Under the pieces are notes generated by a model that was not told the DNA's origin, searched no databases, and saw only the letters and a program-made list of their open reading frames with translations. A DNA stretch of 64,000 bases, from NCBI GenBank assembly GCA_020137815.1, contig CM035355.1, forward strand, positions 2,976,001 through 3,040,000, read 5' to 3'. Position numbers and translations under genes: made by a program. Positions 63,828 to 64,000 of the stretch are shown here, in pieces. The stretch's first letter is position 1; every line of letters starts with the position of its first letter. Origin of the DNA: Hormiphora californensis (Eukaryota; Animalia; Ctenophora).

Positions 63828-64000
63828 TGTCAGAGCATTGGCCTGACAGGCAGTCAACACTGAGCAGCTCGAGTAGGCACATTAGAACCGTTGGTGACAT
63901 TGACACCTAGCGCGAATTAGAACAGTTCATCCCGTTTTAATAAATAAAAACGGGAATCACGGACATAAACAGTTCGCGAGCAAAGTTCCCTAAACTTGTC

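Overview
Eukaryotic (animal) genomic DNA with spliceosomal GT-AG introns, (GA)n microsatellites and many non-autonomous DNA elements. I recall its short repeats (e.g. the 109-bp CAGGAACCGACC... element) as abundant in cydippid ctenophore genomes such as Pleurobrachia; that assignment is an unverified inference. Genes reconstructed by hand from exons: a rhodopsin-family GPCR (+, 5' end outside the window, ends 8593), an AIG1/ADTRP-family hydrolase exon (+), and an RSF1-like DDT/WHIM/PHD chromatin factor (-, 16148-28793). These are followed by a tight + strand cluster: riboflavin kinase, an ABHD10-like alpha/beta hydrolase nested in RFK intron 1, mitoribosomal mS33 with a long extension, and DHTKD1, whose 18.5-kb intron appears to hold an antisense GPCR. 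Three observations stand out. (1) RFK exon 1 can splice in frame onto the nested hydrolase. (2) Every start codon in the cluster has a 3' splice site just upstream, which suggests a trans-spliced operon. (3) Multi-kb tandem arrays are built from exon ends plus their 5' splice sites. Most ORFs in the supplied track are artefacts of repeats. All identifications come from motif recognition; no search was run.
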